This document shows, piece after piece, positions 25,401-38,700 of a stretch of 64,000 nucleotides of DNA; the stretch's first letter is position 1; every line of letters starts with the position of its first letter. Where the stretch lies: assembly GCA_028534125.1 (NCBI GenBank), contig CM052818.1:43774001-43838000 (forward strand), read 5' to 3'. The DNA comes from Lama glama (Eukaryota). A program made the position numbers and the translations under genes. The notes beneath the pieces were generated by a model. The model saw only the letters and a program-made list of their open reading frames with translations. It had not been told where the DNA came from and ran no database searches.

Positions 25401-27579
25401 TATGCTGTCAGCCAACCCGATTTCAAATGAGGGAGGCCGTCCCTTCCGCATGGAGCACTCCTGCAGCCTCTCCACTCAGCAAGAACTAGGAATGACCCTT
25501 TGTTGAGTGAACACCCCGGAACCTAGAATGAAGCTGTGCAGGCTGGGAAAGCTGGGACCAGGAGCGCTTTGGGACCTGGGTTCCAGGCTCATGTGGGGGT
25601 CAGAGCCCCGGGCTCCCTGCGGCTGTGAGTGGATTGCTCTCAGGAGCTGGTCTGCACGTTCTCTTTAGACCGCCAGTGCAGCACCGATGCTTGGTTGATC
25701 TCAAATGCAAAGAGCCACGGTTTTGGCTTCTTTCAGTCCCTCTGAGCTGGTTCCTGTTTTCAAAGCTTCACTGGTTGTTGAAACACAAACATCCTACCTA
25801 ATAATTTTAGCTTTGCGAAAAGCATCTCCGGTGGAAAAGTGTCCATATCCAGTTTGCATTTGTCTGTGTAATGAATATTTATGGCAGGTGACATCAGTCA
25901 AGAACTGTGCACAGGGAAACATTAGAGACCAGTCCCTTGTGAAGAAAGCTCAGAGTCACAGGAGGACACAGACACGTAAATGGAAAATCAAATCAGGTCT
26001 TTTAAATTCTGTGAGAAAAGCCTGGATGGGAAACAGAAGAAATGCAAGAGTGACCCACCCTGGCTGAAAGGACAAGAAAGATTTCACTGGCTCCAACTCA
26101 GCTGCTTTTTGGGTGACAGCCAGTCACCTCTCTGGAATGTCTGCATAAGGTAGCATTGAGGAAGGTCTGCCCTTGGCCTTCTGAAATGTATGCACTTTTT
26201 CTCATGCCTCTGTTTTGAGAAACATTAACGAACATTTGCATTGGTTAAGGTCTGGCCATCTGCCCTCTTTGGCTTAACTGCAATTTTGAAGCAAATTCTG
26301 AGGGGTGGGTTATTTTTTCCAACTCCTTAATTAAACAGCTGGAAAGCACCATGAGATTCATTCATCTTTGTATCTTTTCAAATGACTTTCTCTGAAAGGG
26401 CCACTCTGTTGAAGTCACCACTTTTCTTTAAATAATATTTCTACTGTGTACTCTGGCTGTTTATTTTTATAGTTCTGTGTATTTGACCTAAAGCTTTTAA
26501 CCTTGTGTGGGTGCCCTGAAATGACTTTATTGCAAAAGGGTTTGGCTTATAAATCTAAATAATAAATAATATTCAGTCGCAAGAGAAGGAAAAGCAGTAT
26601 CAGAACTGCCTGTTCCCTCCAGAAATGTAATGGCAAAAATGTAAAAATATACGGGAGAAATTGTAAATGAGCGGCCACAGGGTGCAGCACGAGACACGAA
26701 AAGCCTTGAATAGGATGGAGAAAAATAGTGCGTACGAAGCGTGTAAAATACGCCAGGACCTATGGTTGGTGCTTTAGGATGTAAATCTCAGCGGAGCAAG
26801 CGCGGTAAAAGGGGAGCCAACAGACATTCAGCTGTGAAGTTCCCGGTCGGTCGGTGAGGAGACGGGGATGAGAACGGCCCCTTCTTACTGCGGTAGCTTT
26901 CGCTTGCTCCATTATACCTCATGGCTTCATTTTTAAAAGTCCTTTTCATCATGAATCTGGTGAAAATATCTGTCCCTAGGGAACTTGAACTTGGATTAAG
27001 GAAGTTGGAGAACGATAAACGAGTAACCAGAAAGGCCATTTGAATTCATGTCATTCTTTAACATCCAGTCTGTTCACCACCAGGAATTCCCTTTTACTAG
27101 TTTTTTTTCCCCCTTTATGAGCCCCCTGTTTAGAAATATATTGTCTCCTGACCTCCACTTCTAGCAGTACTGGAAGTGACAGACCAGCATGCCTACTGTG
27201 CAGAACTACAAAAGCCGGATTATAAAATCGTCCAAGAAGAGCCGAGGCAGCGGACATCGCGGCGTGAAGGGAGGCCCCCGGTGCGCCGCGGTGGGCGAGG
27301 CATCCCCGAGCCCCGCCCGCCTGGTGTTGCTGTGCGTCATGGGAATCTCTGTTCCCCTGTCCGCTTAAGGTCACATGCTGTCTCCTGGCCTCTGCTCTTT
27401 CTGCATCATCACTCTTGCACAAAAGTGCCCAGCGCCATGTCCACATCTTCCGCTGACAATCCTTACCTGGAGGCGGTGTCGCCACAGAGCTTCTCATGGA
27501 TGCTGGTGCCTCCTCCCCCGTGACCCTACTCTGTGCCTCCTTGGGGCAGGGCCATAGCCAGGTGCCGAGGTCTCTGGCC

Positions 27580-27984
27580 CTTGTCAGCTCCGATGGCCGT
27601 AACAAAATACTGCAGGCCAGGTGGCTTAAACAGGCCTTTTTTTTTTTTTTTTTTTTTTTTACACTCCTGGATGCTGGAAGTTCATGGTCAAGTTGCAAGT
27701 TGCAAGCAAATTTGGCTTCTGCTAGGAGCTCTCTTCCTGGTTTGCAAATGGTGACCTTCTCCCTGTGTCCTCGCAAGATCATTCCTCTGTGTATCCAGGA
27801 AAGAAAGAACTCCGGTGTCCCCTCCTCTTCTTATAAGGACGCCAGTCCTGTTGGATTACAGCCCCATCCTTATGCCCTCACTTAACTTTAATTACCTCCA
27901 TAAAGGCCCTAACTCAAAATACAGTCAAATTGAGAATTCGGGCTTCATGAATCCGGGCTAGGGGGCACAACTCAGTCCATAACA
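27580..27984 (-). mobile_element. MLT1B-type MaLR solo LTR with an expanded T24 tract (27637-27660)
   Basis: 'ctcttcttataaggacgccagtcctgttggatta', 'taattacctccataaaggcc', end 'cagtccataaca'. Confidence 0.8.
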
Positions 27985-28344
27985 GATACAGATGTAATAA
28001 ATCCATTCCCTTAGCTTTCTTACCTCTTCCTTAATAGTACATTTCTAAGCCGTCTCTAGCATTTCTACTTTATTTAATCTAGTGATTGAATAAATGAATG
28101 AACAACTTCAGAGCCACCAAACTTTATCCCATCTGAACAATAAAGAGGAATGCTTATAGGAAAGTAAAATAAAAATGGTGTCTCTCAAATTGTTAATTAT
28201 TTTCATTCATTTTCTTAAGTTTTATTAGTCACTCATTTGCTAAAGCCAATGATTGGCATAAGATCACGTATCATCACATTTAACTGTTAATTTTCAAAAG
28301 GAAAGTGGTAAAAATTGATGACAGTATTATTTACGGAGGCCCTG

Positions 28345-28560
28345 TCAGGAGAGAGGGACCTGTGCTGTGTGGGTTGTTTCTGTTACTTTTAATTATCAAA
28401 ACAACCCTAAGAAATAGATATTTGTTTTCTTATTTTACATATTGTGGACAAAGACTCTCGGGATCAGTACCGCGTCGTGTGTCTGAATTCACATAGCAGG
28501 TAAATTGCTGACTGCTGTGATTTGAGCCCAGATCCATTTGATTCCAAAACTAATGTACTT
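28345..28560 (-). mobile_element. MIR SINE
   Basis: 'aacaaccctaagaaatagata...attttacat...gatttgagcccagatccatttgattccaaaac'. Confidence 0.6.
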
Positions 28561-30295
28561 TCCACGTAAGGGAACCTCTAGACGCTGTGTAATTCCCGTT
28601 GGACTTTATAAAATGTTAAAAGTTGCTGGCAGAACTCTGTGACTATCTTACAAATGCCCGTGGGACTTAAGAGTTCCATCACAGAAGCTCGTCACGTGCA
28701 GCCCCCCTTTTTTTTTTGCAAATAAGGAAACTAAGGTCCAGCGAAAAGGGCTGTGTTGTGACTGTCTTAGACCCTCAGCGTTTTGATCATCGTGGGCCTC
28801 CCTGCCTAAAAGAAAATATTAAACTTTATTATTTTATTCTATGTGGATAGAAAGACAAAAATGTCGATATTATGTGTCAAAGTATTTGCTTTGACCTAAG
28901 AGTTCATTTTGAATTCTGACTTTTTATTAAAAGAAAGTAAAGCGTTTCTGCAGAGCCCAGGAAGCTCAGCATTGTGCACGCTGTGCCCAGTGGACGTGTC
29001 GGCCCGGCCGAAGGGGCTTCGCCATGTGCGCTCGTCAAATGGCTCCAAGTGAACAAGTCACAGGCGGAGCCCACGCCTTCTGTCTCCCCGTCTCTGCCGC
29101 TCTGCATGGCCCTGTGCTGCTTTCTGGTCCAGATTTGAGATAGACAAAGCATTGGTTTGAAATGTACCAAAGCGTAGTTACTGGGTTATATTTTTGAACC
29201 TATATTAAAGGTACAAATTTCATTTGAAATATAAAACGATGCCTAAACAAGCAAGGCGATGCCAACTCCATCATCCTGGGGTGAAATCCTGAATCTCGTA
29301 TGGAATCGGTGAAGGACTGCAGAAGAGGTAGACGTTCACACTCCTGAAGTGGGACGTGAAGGCTTGTTCCCTACAACTGCGGTTACTTTTACCCTAGAGG
29401 GACTTTCCTGAAACACAAGCTGCTCCTCGTCCCTGAGCTGACTGCTGGATTTGGATGGATCCTTCAGGAATGGACTCTCGGGGACATTCAACAGAGCCTC
29501 ATCTTCTATGCTTAGCATGGAGACAGGTGGACAGGAGTCTGACAGCCCAACCGTTGCATCCATTTCTGCGGCCGACTTAGACAAGGAACTCCCATGGCCA
29601 GGGCTTCTGCACCTGTGTGCCTCTGCCTGGCTCAGCCTCCCTTCCCTCCCTGCTTCACTGCGCTCTCTCACTGAAACCCGCCCATTGCTCGAGGCCCAGC
29701 TCAGGTACCAGCTCTTCTCTAGGGCCTTGACCCTGGGCCAGAACTGACCTTGTCTTCCCTTGAATTACTGCTTTTAAATCAAGTTTGTCAAGCTTACAGC
29801 TGCACAGCAGCTCTTCATCTTTGTGGGAAAACATCCGGCTACCATATATAGGAAGGACTGTGCTGCAGACTCTGCCATAACGAGTCTTTCTGGGACCCAC
29901 TTTTTATGGCTTTCACACACTCCAGGTTGCTTCTCTCAGCTACGCGTGCTTCTAGGTGTGCAGTCTTTTTCTATAAGAATTTCCGATCTCTTGTTTTGGA
30001 TCTATTCCATAACCCCCATCACTGTTTCACCCCAGAAATTACTGCCAATCACTCTTTTCCTCCATATTTGGTGACTCTGTCCTTACCCCACTTACCCCCA
30101 CTCCCTTCAATGCCCACATAAAGTGAGGCCTATGTTAACACAGATGTTTTAATTGTCTTTTTAATCATCAGTTTATTCAGAGATGGCACTGTCGCTGACT
30201 ACCACAGGTTGAAGTATGGTGCCCAGCAGGTAATTAAGAGTTGAGTTGAAGAAACCAAGGTAAATCCTCAAGTCCAGAGGGAGGAGAGAAGAAGT

Positions 30296-30641
30296 TGTGA
30301 TAGTTAATTTTATATGTCAACTTGGCTGGGTAGATATTTGGTTCAACATTATTCTGGATGTTTCAGTGAGGGTGGGTTTTTGAATATTATTAATATTTAA
30401 ATCAGTTGACTTTGAGCAAAGCAGATTGTCCTCCATAAGGTGGGTGGGCCTCATCCAACTAGTTGAAGGCCAATATAAAACAAAGATGGACCTCTCCCAA
30501 GCAAGAAGGAATTCTGCCGGCAGATGGCCTCTGGATTTGAATAAATTATCTTTCGCTTTCTCTTTGTCAGTCTCCTTACACACACGCACACGCACACGCA
30601 CACTATCAGTTCTGTTTCTCTGGGGAACCCTGATTAGTACA
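30296..30641 (+). mobile_element. MLT2 (MLT2D-like) ERVL solo LTR, internally deleted
   Basis: Starts 'tgtgatagttaattttatatgtcaacttggctggg', ends 'ggaaccctgattagtaca'; perfect 5-bp TSD GAAGT at 30291-30295 and 30642-30646. Confidence 0.9.
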
Positions 30642-30880
30642 GAAGTGGCAATAAAGTCCAGACCTGAGACCTGCAGACACTGAGTGTGATCAGGTGCATC
30701 TGCAGTAGACCAAGGCAAGGGGCAGTGGCTGAGAAGAGCCACAACGTCTCCGTGGATGTGCCTGTCTTGTGGCTGTGTGGAGGAGGGCAGTGGGAACTGT
30801 CAGTAGGGATAAGGCCCAACCAGAGGCAAATATTTCCCTCTGGCTTAGACATTCTCTCTCTGGACCACAACTTAAGAGCC

Positions 30881-31350
30881 TGTATTCGTTTCCTATGGTG
30901 GTTGTAACAAGTTACCACATGGTGGCTTAAAACAACGGAAATGTGTTCTCTCATAGTTCTGGAAGCCAGAACTTCAAAATCAGTCTCACTGGGCTGAAAT
31001 CAAGTCGTAAGTGGTGCTGAGATCCCTCTGGAGGCTCCAGAAATCTTTCATCCATTATTTGCCTCTTCCAGCCATGGGGGCTGCCAGTGCTCCTTGGCTC
31101 ATAGCTGCATCGCTCCAATTTCTGCACTCATCTCCCGTGCCTCTCCTATCTGTGTGTCTGATCTCTCTCTGCCTCTCTCTGTAAAAGAACACTCACTGTA
31201 GTGTCTAGGGCCCACCCAGATAATCCAGGATAATCTCTTCATTTTAAAATCTTTAATCACATCTGTAAAAGTTTACCATATAAGATAGCACTGTCCAGTT
31301 CCATGGGTTAAGGCTTGTCCTAGTTGGGGGCCACCACTGAGCCCACCACA
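30881..31350 (-). mobile_element. MLT1C/D-type MaLR solo LTR
   Basis: 'gtggcttaaaacaacggaaatgtgttctctcatagttctggaagccag', 'gggcccacccagataatccaggataatctc', end 'agcccaccaca'. Confidence 0.85.
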
Positions 31351-31634
31351 AACCCAGTCTCTTTTTTGAACAGCCATTCTCCTCCCTCTGTTGGTGTATA
31401 TTAGAATTAGGGCTACTAAGAACATTGAATTCTCCGTCCTTTTCTGAGTTTAAGGAATCTGGACAGAGGTTCTGAGTGACTTCTGTTTCATGCAAAAAAA
31501 ATCTAAGCACTCCTGGAAGCATGCTAATCACATGACATATAAATTGCAGGTAACTTGTCTACCCAGCCCAGCCCTCAGGTCTTGAGACAGCAAGTCCATG
31601 CCTTGAAGTCAGCACTCACCTCCTCTCACGAGGC

Positions 31635-31860
31635 AGTGTGTTAGTTACAAACGTGGCTTCTGGCGCAGAGTCCTGGATTTAAATCTGAAAGCCACCATTT
31701 ACTGCATGACCATGGGAAATGTTTAACTTATCTGTGTTTCAAGCTTTTTCTTGTAAAACAAGGGCAACAGTAGGATCTACTTTGTAAGAGTTAACGTGTA
31801 CAAAGGAAGCATCAGTTCTGCTTCTAACAGTGTCGGCTCAGAAGATGATGATGGTGATGA
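31635..31860 (+). mobile_element. MIR SINE
   Basis: 'cctggatttaaatctgaaagccaccatttactgcatgaccatgggaaatgtttaacttatctgtgtttc'. Confidence 0.65.
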
Positions 31861-32216
31861 CATTTGGCTACTGCCCAGCCCTCCCCCAGGGCCCATGAGA
31901 TGAATTACCAGTTGTTCAGTCACCGATGAACCACTGAGTCCTTTCAAAATTACCAAACTTTTAAATATGATCTCTGAGCATTGCTTTCCAAGGCTTTTAC
32001 AGTGATTTTTATTCCACAGTTTTTGACCTATGGTATCGTGATTGGAAGCACAAGTATTGGCATTGTTTAAACCTAACTCACGTGATCACTCAGCCTGGTT
32101 TATTCATCTGTAAAGTAGACAAAATACTCCCTAGCACCTTGATCCCTGAGGAGGTTAAATAAAGAGAACCTGCAGGTGTGGGGAATCTAGTAAGTGATCT
32201 GAAAAAGGAAGCTACA

Positions 32217-32745
32217 TGTATGAGGCAGGGATTTCTGGAGAAACAGAGCCAACAGGATAGAGATTGACTGACTTTTTGATCACTTACTAGGTTCCCCACA
32301 TCTATACATTTTATGCTCATATATATATAAAATCTAGTTTATAAAACAAGATTTATCCTGATGGATTAGTTCACACAGTAAGTATGGAGGCTGAGAAGTC
32401 CCATGATGGGCCATCCGCAAGCTGGACACTCAGGAAACCTGGTGACACAGCTCAAAGTCCTGAGGGTGGGGAAGCCGACGGGGTAGATCCCAGTCCAGGT
32501 CTGAAGGCCTGAGAGCCAAGAGCACCGAGGGCAGGAGGAGATCAGTGTCCCAGCTCAGCAGTCAGGCAGAAAGGGGCACACCTTCCTTCACTTTTTTAAT
32601 TGGACGATGCCCACCGGCACTGGGGAGGGTCTTCCTGACTAAATGCTTATCTTATCCAACAACAGCCTCACAGACACCCCCAGGATAACGTCTACCCAGA
32701 TAGCTGGGCATCGCGTGGCCCAGTGAAGTTGACACCCAAGTCATC
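32217..32745 (-). mobile_element. MLT2B-like ERVL solo LTR
   Basis: 'atggaggctgagaagtcccatgat...gcaagctgga', 'gaaggcctgagagccaagagc', 'gctgggcatcgcgtggcccagtgaagttgacac'. Confidence 0.8.
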
Positions 32746-34074
32746 CAAGGTGCTGTTACTCAGATACACTTTAGATGGCACGGAAGCCTGCAAATCAGGC
32801 AAGACATAGTCTTTCTCTTTCGTGTTTTTCTATTATATGTTCTCTGTATATGTTTATTCTTTTACATACAGATAAAAAAAGTGATGGAAATTAGTAGATT
32901 AATGTCTTGCTGTGTGAATCTAAATTGCTTCTTTGAAAAAAAAAGACAGAAGGAAAAATACATGAAGAAGAAAAGGACGAGGACGCGGGAGGGGGGCAGT
33001 AGAGATGGGCGCTGTCCCGCCATGTGCATTCTGCTGTGTATACGTACATCGTCTCCCTCTTACCCTTAGATCTTTTCTCTTTAAGACACAGTTAATTAAA
33101 ACCATCTGCTAGCCACTCTTGGTTAGCCAAGGCTAATCCCTGTTTACTGTAAATGTCTGAATGTGCAAGGAAAGCTAAGTGTGGAGGGTGGTTGGTGGAA
33201 AAAACACCAAAAATACTTCAAAAAACAAAACAAAACTAAGGAAGCTTTATAATCACTAGTGTCCTTCTGGAAGTGAAAAATCAACATACTTAATCCTGTT
33301 AATGCCAGAGGTGTTGATTCATACAAACGGCTGCCTTGTGTCCTAGAAGACTGAGGTTGTGTTTCTGCTGTAAATATGTTACCCGTAAGTCCAGAGAGTT
33401 CTACCTGCAACCCCACCGACCCCTTGTGAGGGCGCAGGCTCCTGGACCTCTCCGGACCTGCAGGAGGAAGCCACGCCCCATCTCAGCAGGAAAGGGAGCT
33501 ACTGGGCTGGATTTGCAGCAACCCCTTTCAACGCCAAGCACAAATGTCACCTCGTTGTGGCATTCTGTCCTTTCATTCCTTGTCGCACACGTGTGGGGTC
33601 CTTTTTTATCAGGGATGGCCTAAAACAAATGTTCAGTCAAAATACAACATAAGACAAACAGATTCTGAATCTCAGATGGGCTCAACAGCATTTGCAGCTG
33701 TCTCAGTAAAATTCCACCCCCACCCCGACACCAATAGCTCCCTTCTGTCCCCAACCTTTAAAATTTTACATCCTCCCTTCTAGCTCAAGTAACCCTGCAG
33801 GCTACAACCTCCCTGCCACCCCCTTCACGCCCACCCTCTTGTTAATTCTCCTTTCTTCTACGGCAAAGCTCAGGAAGGGATCAGTTTTTCAAAAGTTCTG
33901 CTGTTTCTCTTGAAACCTCATATTCATCTCCTTTGTCAATAAAAACCTTATTGTGAGAGAAACAAACGAACAGAAAAGACCAGCAGAGGGATATCTGAGT
34001 CAGTGAAAAAAAAGGCTGTGATTAGAGATCAGATGGGTCCCTGCCACTGGCTATTTATGTGACGCTGGGCACAG

Positions 34075-34125
34075 AATTCCGTGGAGTCGTGCAGTGCACA
34101 ACCTGCACCACCCGGATGCTGTGTC
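34075..34125 (-). mobile_element. MER91-like hAT-Tip100 fragment within a MIR
   Basis: 'ggagtcgtgcagtgcacaacctgcac' is the reverse complement of the MER91 core GTGCAGGTTGTGCACTGCACAACTCC. Confidence 0.55.
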
Positions 34126-35295
34126 TCTCAGTCACAGTTCCACATCCCCAAAAAGGAGCGACCTTACTCATACAGTTATGGTGAAAGATACACCCAGTGT
34201 GAAAATGGCCCAGTAATTATGAAGCAAAGGAGGACATGAATATCACTGCTAATTTTGTTAGAAAGGTTCATGAAAATTGCAATGAAATAGGTAGCTTTCC
34301 TTTGAGAGCTTGCTCTCTTTGGGGTGTTTATAAAGACGTGAACATGTCATATGGTGCAAAAATGCAAGGATACCGTTCAGTCCAATATCCTAATTGATTA
34401 TTGGCCCTGGACTATATTGTTCAGTAAAGGAACTTGATGACTTCCTGAGTACCTTGCTTCAGTGTTTATTTTGTTTGCACTTAATTGGTTGTCTAGGTCC
34501 AATCATAATCTCTCCTTCTCGTACCCAAGGCTTGGGTCAGATGCTAAGAGCTGGACTTTATTTGAATGCAAGGAGCCCCTCCCACCCCACTGCTGGCTAA
34601 CGAGAGTGACGGGAGTCGGGACATGCAAGCGGTGGGGACAGTTGTGCCCTCTGAGCATCCTCTGCAGGACTCCAGGCTCTGCAACACATTTCTAAGGTCT
34701 CAATTGACATGAAGAAATCTAAGTCCCTGAGGACAAGAGGCTGGAAGAAGCAGTGGGCAACATGCAGCTGACACGCAGGCAGCGGGGGCCTGAGACACAC
34801 AGAGACGGCCGTCAAGATGCAGCTGCTTTGGGGGTGGGGGCGCGGGGCTGCTCTCTCACCAACCACAGATTCGGGGCTGTGATATTAGAATGTGGTTGGC
34901 CTCTGCCACTGGGCTTTCCGCCATGAGCGCCACCATGTTGGTGGTGAGGGGGATCACGGGGATGAATTTATAAGCTTCTCCCTTCTTTCCTCTCCCAGCC
35001 GCTGGCTTGTCAATCTGCTTTGCAGACACCAAGGGTTTAGTTTTCCGAATGGGTTCACCCTCCCATTTGTCCAGGCTTGTCTCTTCCTCTGGTCAACTCG
35101 GGGTGGGTGTGTTTGGGATGCTCTGCTCTGCCTGGGTGCAGCGCACACACTTCCTGCACAGTGTGAAAAGAGCTCTAAGAATGTTAGCTCTTAGTATTAA
35201 GCATCATAGTGTTTGAATGGCCTGGCTTCGGAAGTCGCACGCTGACACCTTCACTGGATACTCTTGGTCACACGCCAGTTCGTGAGGAGACAGCA

Positions 35296-35780
35296 CATCA
35301 CCGAGTCCAAGTCCCTACTGCTCTCCCCACGACAGGCTGACACATCGAAAGACGAGGTGTTGGAATGAGGAATAGCGACTTCATTCGGAAGGCCAGCAGA
35401 CGGAGAAGACGATGGACTAAAGTCTCAGAGAACCTTCTTGCCTGAGTGAGACTTCACGTTTCTTTATTGCTAAAAGGGGCGGGAGTAAAGCCAAACGTTT
35501 CCTGCTCCGGTCAGCCAGGTGGTCAGCCTCCGAAGGGGAGGTGTTCACCTCTTCCTTCCCGCCATCATTCACAGGTGGGCCTGGCCGGGATGTTGCCTGC
35601 GAGCTAAACAAAGGTATTTTAGCGTAAGGCTCATTACCTGGGAGGCAGGGTTCCAGGAGATGGGCCATTGTGTGTAACTTAGCCTATAGGCAACATCCCT
35701 TTAGGGATTCACTTGAATACAAAGGCTAAAGTAAAAGAAGCAGATCTGACGGGAGGAGAGCCTTGTTCTGCCCCGGGACA
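35296..35780 (-). mobile_element. ERV1-class solo LTR of an artiodactyl-type family
   Basis: 'ccgagtccaag...acgacagg...gacgaggtgttgg...ggaatagcgacttcattcggaaggccagcagac' and end 'gcagatc...ttgttctgccc...aca' resemble an LTR I recall from camelid/cetacean genomes. Confidence 0.7.
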
Positions 35781-38700
35781 CATGGAGTGCGAGCTCCTGG
35801 AGGCGGGGGCTGGGGGCTGGGCTTCCGATGTTGTCACACTACACTTATTAAAATTGGCTCCTAAAATATTGTTACAAGTTCAGATAGTGGTGCTCTCCTT
35901 ACTTGTGTATTATATAGTATTCAAACGGAGAGTTATGTTAATACATACTGTGGGACTATAAATACATTTTAAATGAAAACGTTGGATCTGTGGGTTTAAC
36001 TCCCTCACTCTATGGAAGATGTTCACCATAAAAATCGATACATTTAAAGTTGAAGCAAAAATGTTAAGAAGCAGTGCTGTCAGAACATGATTTTCACTCT
36101 AACGAAAAGAAAGAGAGAGAGAAAGAGAGAGAGAAAGAGAGAGGGAAACCTCAAGCCCTTCCTGGGAGCTTGTTGCCTGGATTCAGCCAGGCTCTGTTTC
36201 GGTATTTCTTGCGGGCGCTCCCTTTGCTTTGCACTAAAGGGAGGCTCCCTTCAGAGAGATGCATGTACAAGTCACCCCTTGTTTTAAGTCTGAAATACTT
36301 CTACACTTCGGGACAATGTACCATAAAAAGATTCAGAACGGGTAAATCCGATGCAGGAGAAGAGCAATTAGGGAAGGGTGGTGGGTGAGGAGACTGGGGT
36401 GGACCCCAGAACCCCTTAAGCAGATCAGTGTTAGAAAAGAGGACCTGTGGATACTGTGAATCCAAACGCTGATTAGCTGAAAGCTATCCTCACCCCGAAA
36501 ACCTTGGAAGGCGCCCGCGGCATGCACGCCCCAGTCTGAAAGCGCAGCTTCACCTCGCTCCGCAGTTCTGAGACAATCTCTAGTTACTCAGAACTAAAAG
36601 CTAATAAACGTCCCAGCGTCACCTTCACTGCCTTCTGTTGGCCAGAGCAAGTCATAGAGGCAGAGCCACTTCAAGGGCACAGTTGGAACCTGCAGGGTAG
36701 ATGTTGTGGCTTCTAGTGGGTGCAGGGGACTAGGTCTGGGTCCAGATGGAGCGGCAGGGCGAGGATGGACTGGGATGCTCTGTGCATCAGGGGCAGCTCA
36801 GAGGACCTCGCCTCAGGCCGAGATGCTGCTGCTGTAACCACTCCGCCCAGAGAAAGCCAGATCTTGTGGGATCTCAGGAATCCCACGGGAGCCGGTAGGA
36901 GAGACCTGGGGTGAGAAACACCTGGGTGTCCCGCGGGCAGGAGGAAGACGGTCGTGGGGCTGGAAGATACAAACACACTAGAAAATCGCACCAGTGCTTT
37001 AAAGATGCTGCAAAGTCACCTTGCAAGGGGCATGGATACAGGGGCGCGAGGGGTGCAGCCGGGTTCTGCGGTGTCCGCTTGCCTTCTGCACAAGTCGGCG
37101 TCTTACTGCCTGCGCCCGCAGCCGGGCTGGACCCTGCAGCGATGACTGCCGGAGGGAAACATGCGTGTCAGGCGCCGAGGTAAGTGCTGCGGACATGCCG
37201 ATGAATCATCCCAACCCCTGACCTCACAGAGCTCACAGTGTAAATAAGTAATTGAAGAACGCGGTTCCCAATGCGTTAGGCAGCTCCTGCTCTGGGACAG
37301 CGGCGCTGCCGGGCAGTAGGGAGGCAGGATGAGTGTGGCCCCCCTGTCACCTGGAGAGACAGAGCAGGAGCGCTTTGCTCTTCTGCAACAGTCAGTGCTG
37401 GGAGCACTCGGCGTTTCTCGATGCTGCGCCTTCCTCATTGGTCCAGTGCCATCCTTAGGGAAGGGAGCAAAGTGCAGGGTTTGGAAGAAACACCGTAAAG
37501 AGGGAAGGAGGAAGTGCAGACGCGAGTGTCTGTTGGCGGGACTGCTGTCCTCGGTTGGTGTATCTGCGAAATGGGCCTGCTGTATTGAGCCTGGTTTGCC
37601 CTCTTCCCAGCCTCTCGTGCAAATGGGGGTGTCTGGCCTGAGTGCAGCCTCGGGAGAAGGACGTGTCTGTATCCTGAGATGCTGGGGGGCCTCAGAGAAA
37701 TTCAGCAGAACCACCCTGCTACCAGCATTGACTGTCAGACTCTTTTAAGGATCTACACGTGACGTTAATACAGACGTTATTAAATTATAAGCACCCATTT
37801 CATTTGCTGTATTTGCTATAGGCGTGGATGACACGTAGCATGTCATTGTTGTAAGTTAGGCAGTCTTCACTCTGCAAAGAAGGAACATTTCTTGAGTCGA
37901 GCTGTGCACACGGTACATCCATCCCCAGGGTCCGGGTGCACTGTGACCTGGCCAGCGGCTCACCTGTCAGGGACAGGAAGGGGGTGTCCCCAAGCTTCAG
38001 TTTTCTCATCTGTAAAGCAAGAGATGTGAGATCACACTGGTGTCCCTGGCATCTCTCATCTTTCCCCCAACTTCAGACTTTTATACTCAACATTACAGTG
38101 AAAATTCCCAAGGTCCCCTCTCAGTGGGATTGCTACCAGCTCTTTTAAAGCTTTTGAGGGCATGTATTAAACGCATAATGAGTCAGGAGCTCACGTGCCT
38201 GGCCTAGGGCGGAGCACACAGTCGGTGTGGAATAGATAGTTGCTGAGTGGATGAGCAGGTCCCTGAAGGTGAGCCGGGCAGCCTGAGAACAGGACACAGT
38301 GCGGGAGCGGGAGCTGGGGGCCCCCTGGGCTGACAGTGAACCCCGCAGGCGGTGCTGCTTGCCAGCCACGTCCCAGTCGTCAACAGAAGACAAGTCCAAG
38401 CAGGGACATGACTTCCGTGACGCAGTCCTTCTGGAAACATCAGCCAGGCCACTTCCTCAAGTCACGTGGGCTGGGCCCCGGGGCCGGGCTCCTCTCACAC
38501 CCGTAGGAATGCAAGCTCTCGTCTTCCCAGGGACCATCGGCTGCACGCCACATGGCTGTTGTCCTCTCGGGAGCGGCTGTGGGAACACCCTCGGGCCTTG
38601 CAGGAAGGAAGGAGGTTCAGGGAAGGCCGTGACCCGCGGTTATTTTCAGCCCGAGTCCTCTCAGTTCAAGCAGAGGCCACCCTCCTATCTTCAAGGCAGA

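Noticed and set aside
26672..26690. CTCF-like GGCCACAGGGTGCAGC
   Set aside because: Four mismatches to the core consensus.
27051..27782. 243-aa minus-strand ORF with poly-Lys
   Set aside because: Poly-Lys comes from the T24 tract in MLT1B; the rest is GC-rich chance open frame.
37103..37748. Overlapping 203-aa and 139-aa ORFs, plus a perfect GAG|GTAAGT donor at 37180
   Set aside because: GC-rich, partly L2-derived; no convincing acceptor or recognisable protein; isolated donors are common by chance.
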